A DNA stretch of 64,000 nt from Paramoeba atlantica (GCA_977017575.1 CDRNVI010000030.1:682001-746000); one strand, 5' to 3'. Shown: positions 10,317 through 21,044, counted from the stretch's first letter. Notes: generated from the sequence alone by a model not told the origin. Program-made: numbers and translations.

Positions 10317-12143
10317 TTAAGGCAACGAAATTTCATCTTCATTTGATAGATCTGGAAAAGGACTAGACTGCACCGAATAACTAAAATCTGGGTCAATCCG
10401 AACTGGAGTTTTATCGTTTGCGGACTCAAAAACAGCTTCTTTTTCCACATCCAGCGCGGCACCTTCCGGTGAATCTTTATTCGGATATTTTACCATCGTA
10501 GCGCGCGCTGCGGCATAATAAAATGACGTTTTACCATCAGGGTATGTCGTTTTAAGATCTCCATTTGGGAGTCGCAACACCACTCGGCCGTCCGGGAAAA
10601 AAGACTTTGCGGCGCCCTCCCCCCGCATGGATCGACGTCCGGGGGTAGAAGGCTGAGAGAAACTCTCGCGTCGAGGGGATTCAAAAAAATGCGGATTTTG
10701 TGATTCCTTGATTCCATGATTCGAATAAGAGGAAAATGGAGCGTTGGAGGACAACTGCTGGTCGTTGTGAATGTCATCGTTCTTGTAAATGCCACGCGAT
10801 GGAGACCTCATTGCTATATCATAGGGTAATCGACCGGCTAAGCTCGGGACAAAATCGGGTGTTTTTAGATGAGATTGATGTTCATCAGATTTAGGTTTCT
10901 CTATGGATTGGGTCGCAGAAAAGGGTAACGCGGTGCTTAGCGTAGATTGGATGGGACTGAGCGTTTGGGAAAGTGCGTCTTCAGAATATAATGAAGAGTC
11001 AATGGCGTGCTGAGTTTCTTCATATTCCGTTTGCGATCCAATGGACATTGTCGGATTAGATACCGAGTTCAAATCTTGTTCTTCATAACAAAATGAGGGA
11101 GAAAAGTCGAAAAGTTCAAAGAAGATAAAGTTCAAGGTGGAAGAACAGGTGGATTTGTTCCATGAAATAGGAAAATCAGTCTGTGAGTCGCGAGATATCA
11201 TGCGACAGGGTTGCGGTGCAGAAGTATGGATAGAATCTTGAACGCTTTGCAAAGACGCAGGGTAGCGATGAAATCTGGGATTTGTCTGCCGTGAAGAAAG
11301 ACTAGCATGCAGTGTTCCATCGGACAAAATTGCTTCGTTTCTTAAATCAGGAGCGTACCATTCATGTGGTTGCCGAGCTCTTCTTCTTTCTGATTTTCGT
11401 AAGATACGTACTAGATGTTTTACAGAAGTTTCCAGAGATCGCGAATCCACAAGAGACGAACTCATAATCGCTGCCTCTTGATCTGTCTTCGTATCATCAG
11501 TTTTGGCAATGTTGACGCTGTACAACAACAGACTTTCTAAGCTATTTTGTAGCATTGTTACAAAGGCTTCTCTCTGAGTCGTATACTCAGCATAAAGGAT
11601 CTTCTTTTGATGCAAAACTAACTCAAAAAGAAGAACGAAGGACGACGTGATATTATCTAGTTGTTCTGGTTCTTCTTCCGCACCTGAGGGTTTCGCTGAA
11701 GAAAAGCGACCTAAATTATTATTTTTAACAAGCAGAGAACTGACCTCCTCACATTCAGGAAAAACAGAAATCGTTCCAAGAAATGTAACTTCTTGAAAGG
11801 AATTCGTTTTGGGTGAAGCATGTGTTGTTTCGATCAGTTTTTTCGGAGAGGGTTTATGCGGAGATACGAGCACCTCAAAGTTTGATAACTTGTCGAACCG
11901 AGGCCCATACCTTTTCGAATATGCAACAGCGTCGCGAACTTCTCTCGTAGGTGATTCGTTAAATGGAGGATTAAGACTTCGATCTGGCTCCCAATTGGCC
12001 GGAAGTTGCACGCACTGTGATCCACAACGACTCCGAAGAAAAGGATGGGACGGTTCCTCAATCTCATACCTTTTCTTCCGCAGCGCCAAAATACGATATC
12101 GCTCTTGCCGACTCATAGAAGAAAAATTAAAACTTGCATTCAA
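10317..12143 (-). CDS. SAS-4/CPAP (CENPJ)-like protein with truncated TCP/G-box
   Basis: C-terminal FFPDGRVVLRLPNGDLKTTYPDGKTSFYYAAARATMVKYP resembles the CPAP TCP repeat NGDVKQ..PD....YYYAAAQTTHTTYP; N-terminal HPFLRS resembles the PFL(K/R)RG motif; long disordered middle. Confidence 0.6.
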   Translation of the reverse strand: MNASFNFSSMSRQERYRILALRKKRYEIEEPSHPFLRSRCGSQCVQLPANWEPDRSLNPPFNESPTREVRDAVAYSKRYGPRFDKLSNFEVLVSPHKPSPKKLIETTHASPKTNSFQEVTFLGTISVFPECEEVSSLLVKNNNLGRFSSAKPSGAEEEPEQLDNITSSFVLLFELVLHQKKILYAEYTTQREAFVTMLQNSLESLLLYSVNIAKTDDTKTDQEAAIMSSSLVDSRSLETSVKHLVRILRKSERRRARQPHEWYAPDLRNEAILSDGTLHASLSSRQTNPRFHRYPASLQSVQDSIHTSAPQPCRMISRDSQTDFPISWNKSTCSSTLNFIFFELFDFSPSFCYEEQDLNSVSNPTMSIGSQTEYEETQHAIDSSLYSEDALSQTLSPIQSTLSTALPFSATQSIEKPKSDEHQSHLKTPDFVPSLAGRLPYDIAMRSPSRGIYKNDDIHNDQQLSSNAPFSSYSNHGIKESQNPHFFESPRRESFSQPSTPGRRSMRGEGAAKSFFPDGRVVLRLPNGDLKTTYPDGKTSFYYAAARATMVKYPNKDSPEGAALDVEKEAVFESANDKTPVRIDPDFSYSVQSSPFPDLSNEDEISLP

Positions 12144-12382
12144 AAGTCAGGTAAAGCATGATAAAATAGATACTGAACCAATAAATTGTGTTTACACTGA
12201 AAAGTAACTGTACTGAAAAAAAAGGATGTAAGCAAGAAGTTGTACTTAAGCCTTAAAATCGTGGATATTACTTTTAAAACGTATGTGAATTCGTTAGACC
12301 GTTATCATTATACTGAAGTTCAGGAAACTATGCAATGTAAGAACTAAGTCACAAAAATTTGGGCTTATGCTTCACCCGAAAC

Positions 12383-15300
12383 TTAGCGATGGATTCGTGA
12401 CAAATATTCCTGGAGGACTGGTTTCTCAGAAGACGGAGCCTGGTGCAAATAGTCTCGAATATAATTTTCACACGTTTGCCGTGCTGTCAAATAGGACGAT
12501 TTAGTACTCACCCCACTTCCGGAGCTTCGATAGGAAGCTTGTGATAATTGTGTGCTCCACACACATAACAGTTCGGCCATTGCAACAAGCACTCGAGCTG
12601 CAGAAAAGGGAGTGTTAAAACGTGATTCAGGGTGTAAAGATTTTGAATAGACTTCTTCAAAAAACAATCTAAAATATTCAAAAATTTCTGCCAGACTCAT
12701 TCTTTCGCAGCCCAGCAAGAGATCTACGATCACTCTTTCGTTCGCGCTTGTTAATCTTTCAAACACCACTTTCAAAAGAGAATTCATAGGAAAATATTGT
12801 GGACGAGAGGGATCGTAAAATCGCTCGAACAGTTTTTGTGTCGTAGACTCTACGCTGCTGGCGGAACACAAGGCCGCTTCAAACAGGTCGGCACATAAGA
12901 ACTTGGAAGTTTCGGTAGTACCATCCGAGTTGTAAAGCACAGAGAGCTGTACAAATTCACCTCCAGATCCCCTGTAGACCTCTGCCATGCGATAGAGAAT
13001 ATTTAGATCACTAATCAGTTCATTTCTTAAGAAGTCACATTGCTCTGCAAGATGGGAACGCAGCGGCTTAATCCCGTCTTCAAGGTCCACAACTTGATTC
13101 GAAAGGGAGTCCGATTCATTCGCGAGCGTTTGTTCACAGAGTTCCAGAAGCTCCGTTTGAACTAGAGCAATGCGGTATGTAGTAGAGAGACGTCGAGCCA
13201 GAGGGCTGTGCTCCACTTTCTTCGACTTAGCCCACGTCGTGGCTTCCTGAAGCAAACCAACACGATACTGAAGTGGCACCGGGATGTTGACAAATCGAGA
13301 TGTAGCGGCACTTAAGAAAGCTCGCAAGGCGTCCTCCGACCGGTCTTGCTTTATGTAAAACAACGCACGTTCTCGTCCAAACATCGACTGATGCAGTTCC
13401 AGAAACTTTTCAAGGTCACCTGGAGGCATGCGCAGCACGATTTGCAGAAAGTACTCCCGCATAGGATCACTACTCTCACGCTGCAACATCCACTCCAACA
13501 GAAAATATTTCGCCAGTAAATCACACCCGGGTAAATTCCACAGACTTCCTATTCTCCCACTCTCTACTTCAAACAGCTCACGCAAGGATGAATTCAACGT
13601 TGTCGAGTTCTCCCCCGCAAAACCTTGCTCCAAAAACGACACCAGCAATCCATAACACTGCCAACGATCCTCCAAAGCCTCCTGCGCTCGTCCCGAGGGC
13701 TGTACATAACTTTCCGGGTCGATACCATACAAATACGCCCCCATGGCCTCCCTCTTTCCATCCCCCTGGGCGGCTGCACTCCAACAAAGCGACGCCACTG
13801 CGGCGTACCCTTTCATCTCCCACAACACCTCCGCGATGGCACGGAGCCCACAGGACTGCCACAGATGTCGAGACAACGGAAGCAACGCCTTGACTAAATC
13901 ATTTATTTTATCGTTCGCGCCCGTTGGATCGTTACCCCACGACCTGTGGCACTCACGGAGCAAAAGCTGCGCGTGGTACTCGGCGAAATCCTCAGCGGGG
14001 AGCAGAGAGGGGCATTTCGTGGCCATCGTTGAATTCAGTGTCGAGAGCTCAGCGGGGGTGAGATCAGGGACCCGTAGAAAACTACGAAGAAGCGCACGGA
14101 CCACGGGAAGGCGAACCGAGGGGGCGGAAGGGGAGAGAAGCAGATCGCCAAAAACGAGATCGTGGAAATACGGGAGGGGAGGGGTGGAGTGTTGGGAGGA
14201 CAGCCGGGTGTACTCCGTCGCTGCCGTGTCGATCAAGACGGGTTCGTATTTTGTGGTTTGTACCATTTGGAGGAGGGAGAGAAATTGGAAAATGATATGT
14301 GTGGTGTGCTCGAGAGAGGAGAGTTGCAACGCTACGAGTTGTTTTAGATGAGAGGAGGAGAGCCCGGTGTGGTTGGACGGGACGCTGAGGATGGTGTCAA
14401 ACTGGTCGTTGTTTTCCCAGAAGAGAGGGAGAGAGGGGTTGGGTTCCATCCAGCCTTGTTTGCGAAGCGTGGAGAGGACGTGGGCGAGAGGAGTCAGAAT
14501 CTCGAGAACCCCACGGAGGTCTTCCTCGGTGAGATGTAATCCTGGACGAGGGCGTGAGGGGGAGGAGGGAGAAAAGAGACGTGAAGGAACCAAGGAAAGA
14601 AGAATGCGGGAAAAAAGTAAACGAAGTCCGCGTATTGCGGGAGAGGTGGTAATGCAAAAAAGCGTGTTGCGTGATTGTGAGAATGTGGACATGGTAAGGT
14701 CTCTTCCAGAAATGTAATTCGCGTCCAGAGCTACTAGAGAAGCACTGTCCGGTAGCAGTCGCGACTCCAATATTTCCCAAATGAAGGTAGAAATCTCTTT
14801 TTCACTTAGAATTCGCGAAGAGCATGAAACACATTCCGATTGAGCTTTTCGCAAGGACAGAGTGAGCTCGGAGAATTCGTGTGCAGATGCTAGTTTACCA
14901 TAGAGCAAGCAAAGCATAGAACAAAACTCCTCCAGTCCAAACGTACTTTGGAAGCGGGCCAAAATAGATCGCGCTGAGGTGGTTCTTCCGGAGGATATCA
15001 CAAGAAACAAAATATCAAGAGGTCGTAGTTTGCGTACGAAATGTACTCCCGTGTTGGTTACGACAGCGAAACGACGAGACGGTAGAATGTACTGCGAATC
15101 TGTCTCTTGAATCGGTGTTGCAGAGGCAATTTCCTCGCATAAAGAGGCAAAAACTGTATGATCAATTTCACCCACGTAAAGCATTCTCATATCTTGTAGC
15201 TCGCTTCCCCTTTGAGGGAAAATAGTTACTGTTGGGCGCTCGAGTGAAGTATTTTCGTTCGCGTTTAGCGAGACTTCGCGTGATGAGGAAGTAAAACAAA

Positions 15301-16645
15301 TTTCATCCATAAGCATGGCCGAGGAAACATTTGGGGGTGAGGTGTTCTCGGATTGGTTCGACTCGCTTGAACAGGTTCGAATAAAAGCTCCTATGCCATT
15401 GGACACGTACGAGAAAGCGATTTGCTTTTCGGTTTCGAACCAAGATTTTCGGAATTCGCGGGAATCATTATCTAACGAGCAGAACACCTTTTTCACCTCG
15501 AGCTGTTTGCCTCCCGTAAAACCGCTTTCTTGCAAGGAATAAAAGTAACAATATCCGTTTGAAGCAACAGATACTAAAGCGAAATCCTCTCGAGGACCAC
15601 CGATATGTACAGAAGACAGTGGAGAAAGCTTGGGATCGCGATACTTATTCAAATGTTGTAGCATTCCAGGTTCATGCTTCTTTGTACAAATCAACGAGAT
15701 TTGTCCTTTCCCCCCCTCACTGATGGAATACATAGTAATAGAGCTATCCAAGTGGAGAACAAAAATTTGGTGACGAAACGAATCCACGCATATATCAAGG
15801 GCTTGCTCCTTTTTAATAACCGAAAGATAAGCCTTCGTCAGGAGAGAACCGATGCATTGAGAAACGTAATTCTGCTGAGAAAAGAACGCATCCAGGTTGG
15901 TGAATGTCATTCGAAGGGAGTCGGTACGCAAATCTTTTACCAAATGAATTTCGTAGAAATCTCCCTCTTGTGCAGCAAAAAAGATGCGATCTGTAAAGTC
16001 GTGTTGCACAATTTTTTGAATTGTAAATTCTGATATCTGGGAAATCCCAAGATCAGTGATGGTACACGGTGTAACGTGACATCTAGATCCTTTTCGCCCT
16101 TGAAATTCGTACTCACCAGGAATAGCCCTGTCTGCAAAGCTAAGCCCATAAACCGAAACTTTCCCGCAGAAAATCAAAAGGAGTAAATGTGTTGAGTTGG
16201 AATTTAACAATCCCGGTGGAGTCCGCACTGTGAAAATGTTTTGTACGGGTTCTGGCTCCTCAATCACTTTCATATCCGACCCTGTAAGAAAATTCCACAA
16301 AATGAGCTTGTGCTGAATTCGTATGGCTACACGAGAAATGTTCTCAAGGAGGAAAACGGTATTATCCTGCACACTGGACTCACATGCGTGACGTATCGTT
16401 GCAGGCCATACAACAGATTTTGTGGCAATAAACTCAGGAAGTGCACAAAGCATATCCGATTCGGCCGAAAGTTGTTTGCCAAGGAGGAGGCTTATCGCCT
16501 CAGCTCCAGTGGTAAGAGGCCTCTCGTCGGAGATAGTGAGTGGATTCGCTTGAAAAAGATTTTGAACGTAACGTTGTAGCACATCCAGTGTGAGAGCTAT
16601 GGAAGGGTCGGTCTCTTTGATGGGGTTTAATGGGAATGAAGACAT
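12383..16645 (-). CDS. Nucleoporin, Nup155/Nup170 family
   Basis: 1420 aa with a beta-propeller-like N-half (RIFFAAQEGDFYEI, CVDSFRHQIFVL, RRFAVVTNTGVHFVRKLRPLDIL, FGLEEFCSMLCLL) and an alpha-solenoid C-half; these match Nup155 motifs from memory. Confidence 0.72.
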   Translation of the reverse strand: MSSFPLNPIKETDPSIALTLDVLQRYVQNLFQANPLTISDERPLTTGAEAISLLLGKQLSAESDMLCALPEFIATKSVVWPATIRHACESSVQDNTVFLLENISRVAIRIQHKLILWNFLTGSDMKVIEEPEPVQNIFTVRTPPGLLNSNSTHLLLLIFCGKVSVYGLSFADRAIPGEYEFQGRKGSRCHVTPCTITDLGISQISEFTIQKIVQHDFTDRIFFAAQEGDFYEIHLVKDLRTDSLRMTFTNLDAFFSQQNYVSQCIGSLLTKAYLSVIKKEQALDICVDSFRHQIFVLHLDSSITMYSISEGGKGQISLICTKKHEPGMLQHLNKYRDPKLSPLSSVHIGGPREDFALVSVASNGYCYFYSLQESGFTGGKQLEVKKVFCSLDNDSREFRKSWFETEKQIAFSYVSNGIGAFIRTCSSESNQSENTSPPNVSSAMLMDEICFTSSSREVSLNANENTSLERPTVTIFPQRGSELQDMRMLYVGEIDHTVFASLCEEIASATPIQETDSQYILPSRRFAVVTNTGVHFVRKLRPLDILFLVISSGRTTSARSILARFQSTFGLEEFCSMLCLLYGKLASAHEFSELTLSLRKAQSECVSCSSRILSEKEISTFIWEILESRLLPDSASLVALDANYISGRDLTMSTFSQSRNTLFCITTSPAIRGLRLLFSRILLSLVPSRLFSPSSPSRPRPGLHLTEEDLRGVLEILTPLAHVLSTLRKQGWMEPNPSLPLFWENNDQFDTILSVPSNHTGLSSSHLKQLVALQLSSLEHTTHIIFQFLSLLQMVQTTKYEPVLIDTAATEYTRLSSQHSTPPLPYFHDLVFGDLLLSPSAPSVRLPVVRALLRSFLRVPDLTPAELSTLNSTMATKCPSLLPAEDFAEYHAQLLLRECHRSWGNDPTGANDKINDLVKALLPLSRHLWQSCGLRAIAEVLWEMKGYAAVASLCWSAAAQGDGKREAMGAYLYGIDPESYVQPSGRAQEALEDRWQCYGLLVSFLEQGFAGENSTTLNSSLRELFEVESGRIGSLWNLPGCDLLAKYFLLEWMLQRESSDPMREYFLQIVLRMPPGDLEKFLELHQSMFGRERALFYIKQDRSEDALRAFLSAATSRFVNIPVPLQYRVGLLQEATTWAKSKKVEHSPLARRLSTTYRIALVQTELLELCEQTLANESDSLSNQVVDLEDGIKPLRSHLAEQCDFLRNELISDLNILYRMAEVYRGSGGEFVQLSVLYNSDGTTETSKFLCADLFEAALCSASSVESTTQKLFERFYDPSRPQYFPMNSLLKVVFERLTSANERVIVDLLLGCERMSLAEIFEYFRLFFEEVYSKSLHPESRFNTPFSAARVLVAMAELLCVWSTQLSQASYRSSGSGVSTKSSYLTARQTCENYIRDYLHQAPSSEKPVLQEYLSRIHR

Positions 16646-17166
16646 TGGGGTTGGGGTGACGTGAAAAAAAGAAAATTGTTTATTAAGGAAACTCGAAAAA
16701 ATCAGAGAAAACCATATGCCTTTGAAGACGAATATGCTGATTTCGTTTCGATTAACTTGTTTTTGAAATGGACGAATTAGATTATTTTACATTTAATACC
16801 GAAGAGCAGTTGTTATAGAGGAAGCAAGATTTCTACCCCGGATAACAGAAAGTCAACAAAGGGTCAACATGTTTTTTAAAATCTCCCACAAGATCTTTGG
16901 GCTTTATGCAAGATTAAGAAATAACCAGACTTTTATCAAGGTGATTAATAAACAACAATAAGAAGGTGAAAACTTAAAAAGTTGCACAAGAAAACAAACC
17001 AATAAAATCAAAAATCGACTAGGTTGAAGAACTCAGGCATCGCTTCAAAAATACAGTCCGATATCCATAAACATAAAACAAAATTAGTAAAAGCAAGCGA
17101 AATCTCTAGAAGTGCAAAAACATTGTCAAAAAATTCAAATAAACTTCACTATATATAAAGCAAGTC

Positions 17167-18585
17167 TCACAAACTCACAGAAAACGACTCGGTCGCCACA
17201 CCTCCTACCTGTATCCCCTGCCTCACCCTTCCCTCCTCCACAATCGCATCCCCCGGTTTTGGATCCTTGATCGCGGTTCGCGCCATGGAAATCTCCACCC
17301 GACGGCCCTCCACCCAGAACGACCCCACCCGAAGCAGCTCCTGGCAACTCCCCACCCTGGCAAACTCCACAAAGACGTGCGCGAACCCGTGTGCCCCGTG
17401 GTGCTGCCCCATGGGGGGGCCCCACGGCACGGGCGCGCGTCGTAGTTTGAGGATCACCCCGTAGGAGCGGGCGCGGGCGTAGATCTGCTCGGTCGGGGAG
17501 GCAAGACCCACGCCTTTGAGGTTTACGGTGCGGTGGAGCGCCGGGACGTGGATCTCCACGAGCGCGTGGAGGTCGTGGAAGGGCTCGAGAGGGGGGGAGG
17601 GCGCGTGGGGGAGGGGAGGGAGAGGGAGGAAGGGGGAAAAGGGGGTGTGTGCTGTGGAGGAAGAAAGGGGAGAGGGTGGGATTTGGGAGGATGAGATTTG
17701 GGAGGGTAAAATTTGGGATGGAATTTGGGATGGAATTTGGGAGGATGAAATTTGGAAGGATGAAAGTTGAGGCGAAGAGATTTCATGTTCGGAAGATAAG
17801 GGAGATAGAGTAAGAGGTGAGTGCATGGAGGGGGAGGAGGGATCGTCTTCTTGGGAGGATACGGTGGGAAAAGGAGGATAGAGCGTAGCGTTGTTGGGTT
17901 GTCGTTCATGGGGTTGGATGTTGGGGTTTGGGGGAAGGGATGTCGAGGGGATGGGTTCTGTAGGCATTGGATTGGGATGGGAGAATTGCGGGGTGGAGGG
18001 TGGAAAAAATTGTGTTTGTTGTTGTTGTGAGGGTAAAACAGGCACAGGAATGGGAGGAAGATGTGCTGGGGTGTTTGGAGAGTAGTGTTGCATTTGGTTG
18101 ATGAGTCGTAGACGATAGGCCTCCATTTGGGCGCACACGTCATAGTACTGTAGAAGCATATTTTCCTGCATTAAATTCCCAACTGTAGCTCTTGGAGTGG
18201 ATGAAGAGTGACTTTCCGTTGAAGTTTGTGAATTGTTCGGTGGATGTTCGGATGTAGTGACAATTTCATAGAGAATCGTCACGCGGGGATTTACCTGAAG
18301 TTGATGTAAACTTTGTGATTTACTTTCGTCAAGATTATAGCGCTCGAATGGGGTGACAAAACGAACATGGCTTCGTGGAGCTTCCTCAAGTCGAGCAATT
18401 CCTGCAACGATCTCCGCAAGCGTGGTTGCTTTGTAAGGTGTTTTAAGGAACGTACATACTTGTGTGCTGTGATTCACTATCGGAACTTCATCCGGAAGAA
18501 CTTCTGGACATGTGGCTAGTTCGTGATCAATGGCAAGACACCGAAGACAGTGAGGGGATGCGCTTTGCTTCGACTGAGTTTCCAT
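17167..18585 (-). CDS. RNA-binding protein: CCHC zinc knuckle, low-complexity linker, C-terminal RRM
   Basis: CLRCLAIDHELATC (CX2CX4HX4C); RRM-like TVNLKGV...YGVILKL...HVFVEFA...VEGRRVEISMAR. Start placed at METQSK (18585). Confidence 0.75.
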   Translation of the reverse strand: METQSKQSASPHCLRCLAIDHELATCPEVLPDEVPIVNHSTQVCTFLKTPYKATTLAEIVAGIARLEEAPRSHVRFVTPFERYNLDESKSQSLHQLQVNPRVTILYEIVTTSEHPPNNSQTSTESHSSSTPRATVGNLMQENMLLQYYDVCAQMEAYRLRLINQMQHYSPNTPAHLPPIPVPVLPSQQQQTQFFPPSTPQFSHPNPMPTEPIPSTSLPPNPNIQPHERQPNNATLYPPFPTVSSQEDDPSSPSMHSPLTLSPLSSEHEISSPQLSSFQISSSQIPSQIPSQILPSQISSSQIPPSPLSSSTAHTPFSPFLPLPPLPHAPSPPLEPFHDLHALVEIHVPALHRTVNLKGVGLASPTEQIYARARSYGVILKLRRAPVPWGPPMGQHHGAHGFAHVFVEFARVGSCQELLRVGSFWVEGRRVEISMARTAIKDPKPGDAIVEEGRVRQGIQVGGVATESFSVSL

Positions 18586-18846
18586 TGCGGTGAGATTTGT
18601 GAAAGAAACAAAAGCAAGGTATAGATGTAAAAAAGTAGTGCTTAATTTATGCAAAAGTATTTGCGAAGCAATGGAGTCGAATGTTAGTGAAAGCAACAGC
18701 ATGATAATTCAAAAAAGTTGAGTCGAAAGAAGTCGCCTAAAATTTATCCTTGCTTACATAAAAGGTAAAAAAATAAAAATGCATTCCCATCCTGCTCTCA
18801 AAAAACTAAAGGAAACGCACAAGTGGTACCACAACCTCAGATGCCC

Positions 18847-19974
18847 CTATCTTTCGGGAAGAGAAAAGTCATTCAAGTTCCGATGTGAGTACGATGCTCC
18901 CCCACCTTCTCCCGATTGCCCCGGAACAGGCATTCCTGACGTAAAAGAAGACTCCAGTGGATACACCGGTGGAAGACCCGAAGCATATACATAACTCGCG
19001 GAAGATGAATTCACAGATCCCGAAGCCGGATGCGAAAAAGACATTGAATTCATCTCCACAAGAGATGCATGCTGTCCATAGGCATAGCTCCCTGACACGT
19101 GAGGCTGTGTCAACGGCCTCCTGTAATTAGAATCCACAAAATGAGATCTTTCACCCTCTATTCTTGTTATTGGTGGAATCCCACCATGAGGCTGTCCATA
19201 TCCCCATGTTGCAGAAGAGATTGCAGACCCTGAATAACAGCCCATCGGCTGTATCGGTCCTACTGGACCTCCGTGAAGAGCTCCATGGGGGATTACAAAC
19301 GATTCAGCATCATGGGGAAGGGCTAACGGTTCCATCCCAGGCTGTACATGACCATATGAAGAAGGATAAGGAGGATGAGAGGCCTGTGAAAATGAGTTTG
19401 CCCTCATTCCGGGAGCATAGGGATAATGAAGAGGATTTCGTAGATGTGCACGTCGCGGAAGCATCGTGCCTACGGCGTAGGGAACACGCTGGGGGTCGTC
19501 GTGACAGGAGAGGTTGTGGTGGTTAGGAAGAAACACGTGACCGGACCACGGGAAGGAGTCTCGGCGGTATTCCTCACGCTCAAACGGATCGGGGAGAGTT
19601 TCTAGTATGGGGGAGGGGGAGGGGGGGAAAGTGCCAGTAGCAGGTGTTGGTTCGGAGGAAGTTGTGGAACCGAAAATACGTTGCCGTGCGTTTTCGTAGG
19701 TTTCCGGGGTGACTTGATGAGGGGGTTGAAGAGGGGGAGAGGGAGGGGGAGCTGTTGAGCTAGTTCCGCGAGAGATGGGGGATGAGTGTTTTCGGGTAGG
19801 AAAAGCTGTTTTTCGTTTGGCAATGCCTCGAACGGTGGGGTAATTGTGCTTTTGGGTAAAGGATTCCTCTTCGGAGGGAGTTTGAGCGGTCACCAGTGAG
19901 ACGTCTGTTGTGGGAATGTTACCGTCGTCATTCTTCTCGGATTTGGACTCCGATACAGGTAAATCATTGTTCAT
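18847..19974 (-). CDS. Pro/Ser-rich hypothetical protein with a SUZ-like motif
   Basis: 375-aa ORF on the cluster strand; YENARQRIFG resembles the SUZ motif Y..AR.RIF. Confidence 0.6.
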   Translation of the reverse strand: MNNDLPVSESKSEKNDDGNIPTTDVSLVTAQTPSEEESFTQKHNYPTVRGIAKRKTAFPTRKHSSPISRGTSSTAPPPSPPLQPPHQVTPETYENARQRIFGSTTSSEPTPATGTFPPSPSPILETLPDPFEREEYRRDSFPWSGHVFLPNHHNLSCHDDPQRVPYAVGTMLPRRAHLRNPLHYPYAPGMRANSFSQASHPPYPSSYGHVQPGMEPLALPHDAESFVIPHGALHGGPVGPIQPMGCYSGSAISSATWGYGQPHGGIPPITRIEGERSHFVDSNYRRPLTQPHVSGSYAYGQHASLVEMNSMSFSHPASGSVNSSSASYVYASGLPPVYPLESSFTSGMPVPGQSGEGGGASYSHRNLNDFSLPER

Positions 19975-20069
19975 TGCAACAATTTAGGTAAGCGCGTAAA
20001 AATATAATGCATAGTAGAGAAAGACAATGTGCCAACACAAGATTTCTACCATGAGAGTTATGCAATTGC

Positions 20070-20544
20070 TAAAGTTTAAAGGACAGCGTTTAAAACAAGA
20101 TGTTGAATCGACAACATGTTCTTGCGTGTAGAACCAGCATTTAAGACGTTCAATAATAAAAAAATCAACTTATTTTCAACACAACAGATGGTCAAAAGGG
20201 ACGTTTTTCCCCCAATGGATGGGGTCATGGTCGAGCGCTTCATGGCGTAGGCCCCAGAGAACATAATTTTTTTTCGTTTTGGCGCCTGATATACCTGTAT
20301 ACGCTTTTGTTTCATTCGATCCTTGCCCAAATCGATCCTTAAGCCCAAAATCTGCCTTTGCGCTTAATTAAATTTGGACGTAATTAAGTTTAGACCGGTA
20401 AAGTTTAAAGGACAGCGTTTAAAACAAGATGTTGAATCGACAATATGTTCTTGCGCATAGAGCCAGTATTTAAGACGTTCAATAATAAAAAAACCAACTT
20501 ATTTTCAACACAACAGATGGTCGAAAGGGACGTTTTTCCCCCAA
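20070..20544. repeat. Two direct copies of a 146-bp sequence separated by 183 bp
   Basis: 20070-20215 and 20399-20544 align without gaps and with few substitutions (taaagtttaaaggacagcg...gggacgtttttcccccaa). Confidence 0.9.
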
Positions 20545-20625
20545 AAAATTTTAACTTCGTACTTTCCTTAATAAAATGTAACAAACAAGAAAATTTATGA
20601 GCTCTACCTTAGTTCCGGTTCTGAG

Positions 20626-21044
20626 GCGGTGCGGGCGTAGTTGGTAGACGGTGGGCCTTACAACCTGCAGGTTGTTGGTTCGATTCCCGTTATCGACAAA
20701 ACTTGCAACCTGGCGGCCTCACAAAGGGAAAGCGATCAGGAGTGCCTTCAAGGCCCACACCCAACCCCGTTCCCTTGGAGGACCGACCCGGAACCGCCGA
20801 GCTGAACCAGGCTCCAGCGCAGCCGCTAAATTGCGAGCTGCTTACGCAAAGGAGGCTTGAGACACAGCCTACACGATGCAACGGGGTGGACGCCCGTCCT
20901 GGTAGCTACGGTTGGGTAGCCGTGCTCGGGCCGCAAGGCGTCGAGTGCCGTCTGGGAAGGGGGTAGCAAGACAATGAAGGTCGGTGACCTGAGACTCTAC
21001 CCTAACGGTTGGCGCTGCAGAGCCCTCCGTGTCTTCTTTTTCTT
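20626..21044 (+). mobile_element. tRNA-derived SINE-like retroposon (419 bp) with 13-bp TSD
   Basis: TSD ttccggttctgag at 20613-20625 and 21045-21057; A-box-like gggcgtagttgg (20633-20644); consensus B box ggttcgattcc (20677-20687) at tRNA spacing; GC-rich structured body; pyrimidine tail with T5 at 21036-21040. Confidence 0.78.

Noticed and set aside
20626-20698. Functional tRNA-Val(TAC) gene
   Set aside because: The acceptor stem does not pair, the anticodon and T stems are broken, and the head is embedded in a TSD-flanked insert.
20629-21005. Group II intron (GTGCG start, ...CTACCCTAAC end)
   Set aside because: No canonical domain V (AGC/CGC triad stem with 2-nt bulge and GNRA) directly before the domain VI-like helix, and the TSD boundaries lie outside these termini.
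20996-21005. Telomerase template (CTACCCTAAC)
   Set aside because: Not a full 1.5-repeat CCCTAACCCTA template; likely a chance match within a helix.
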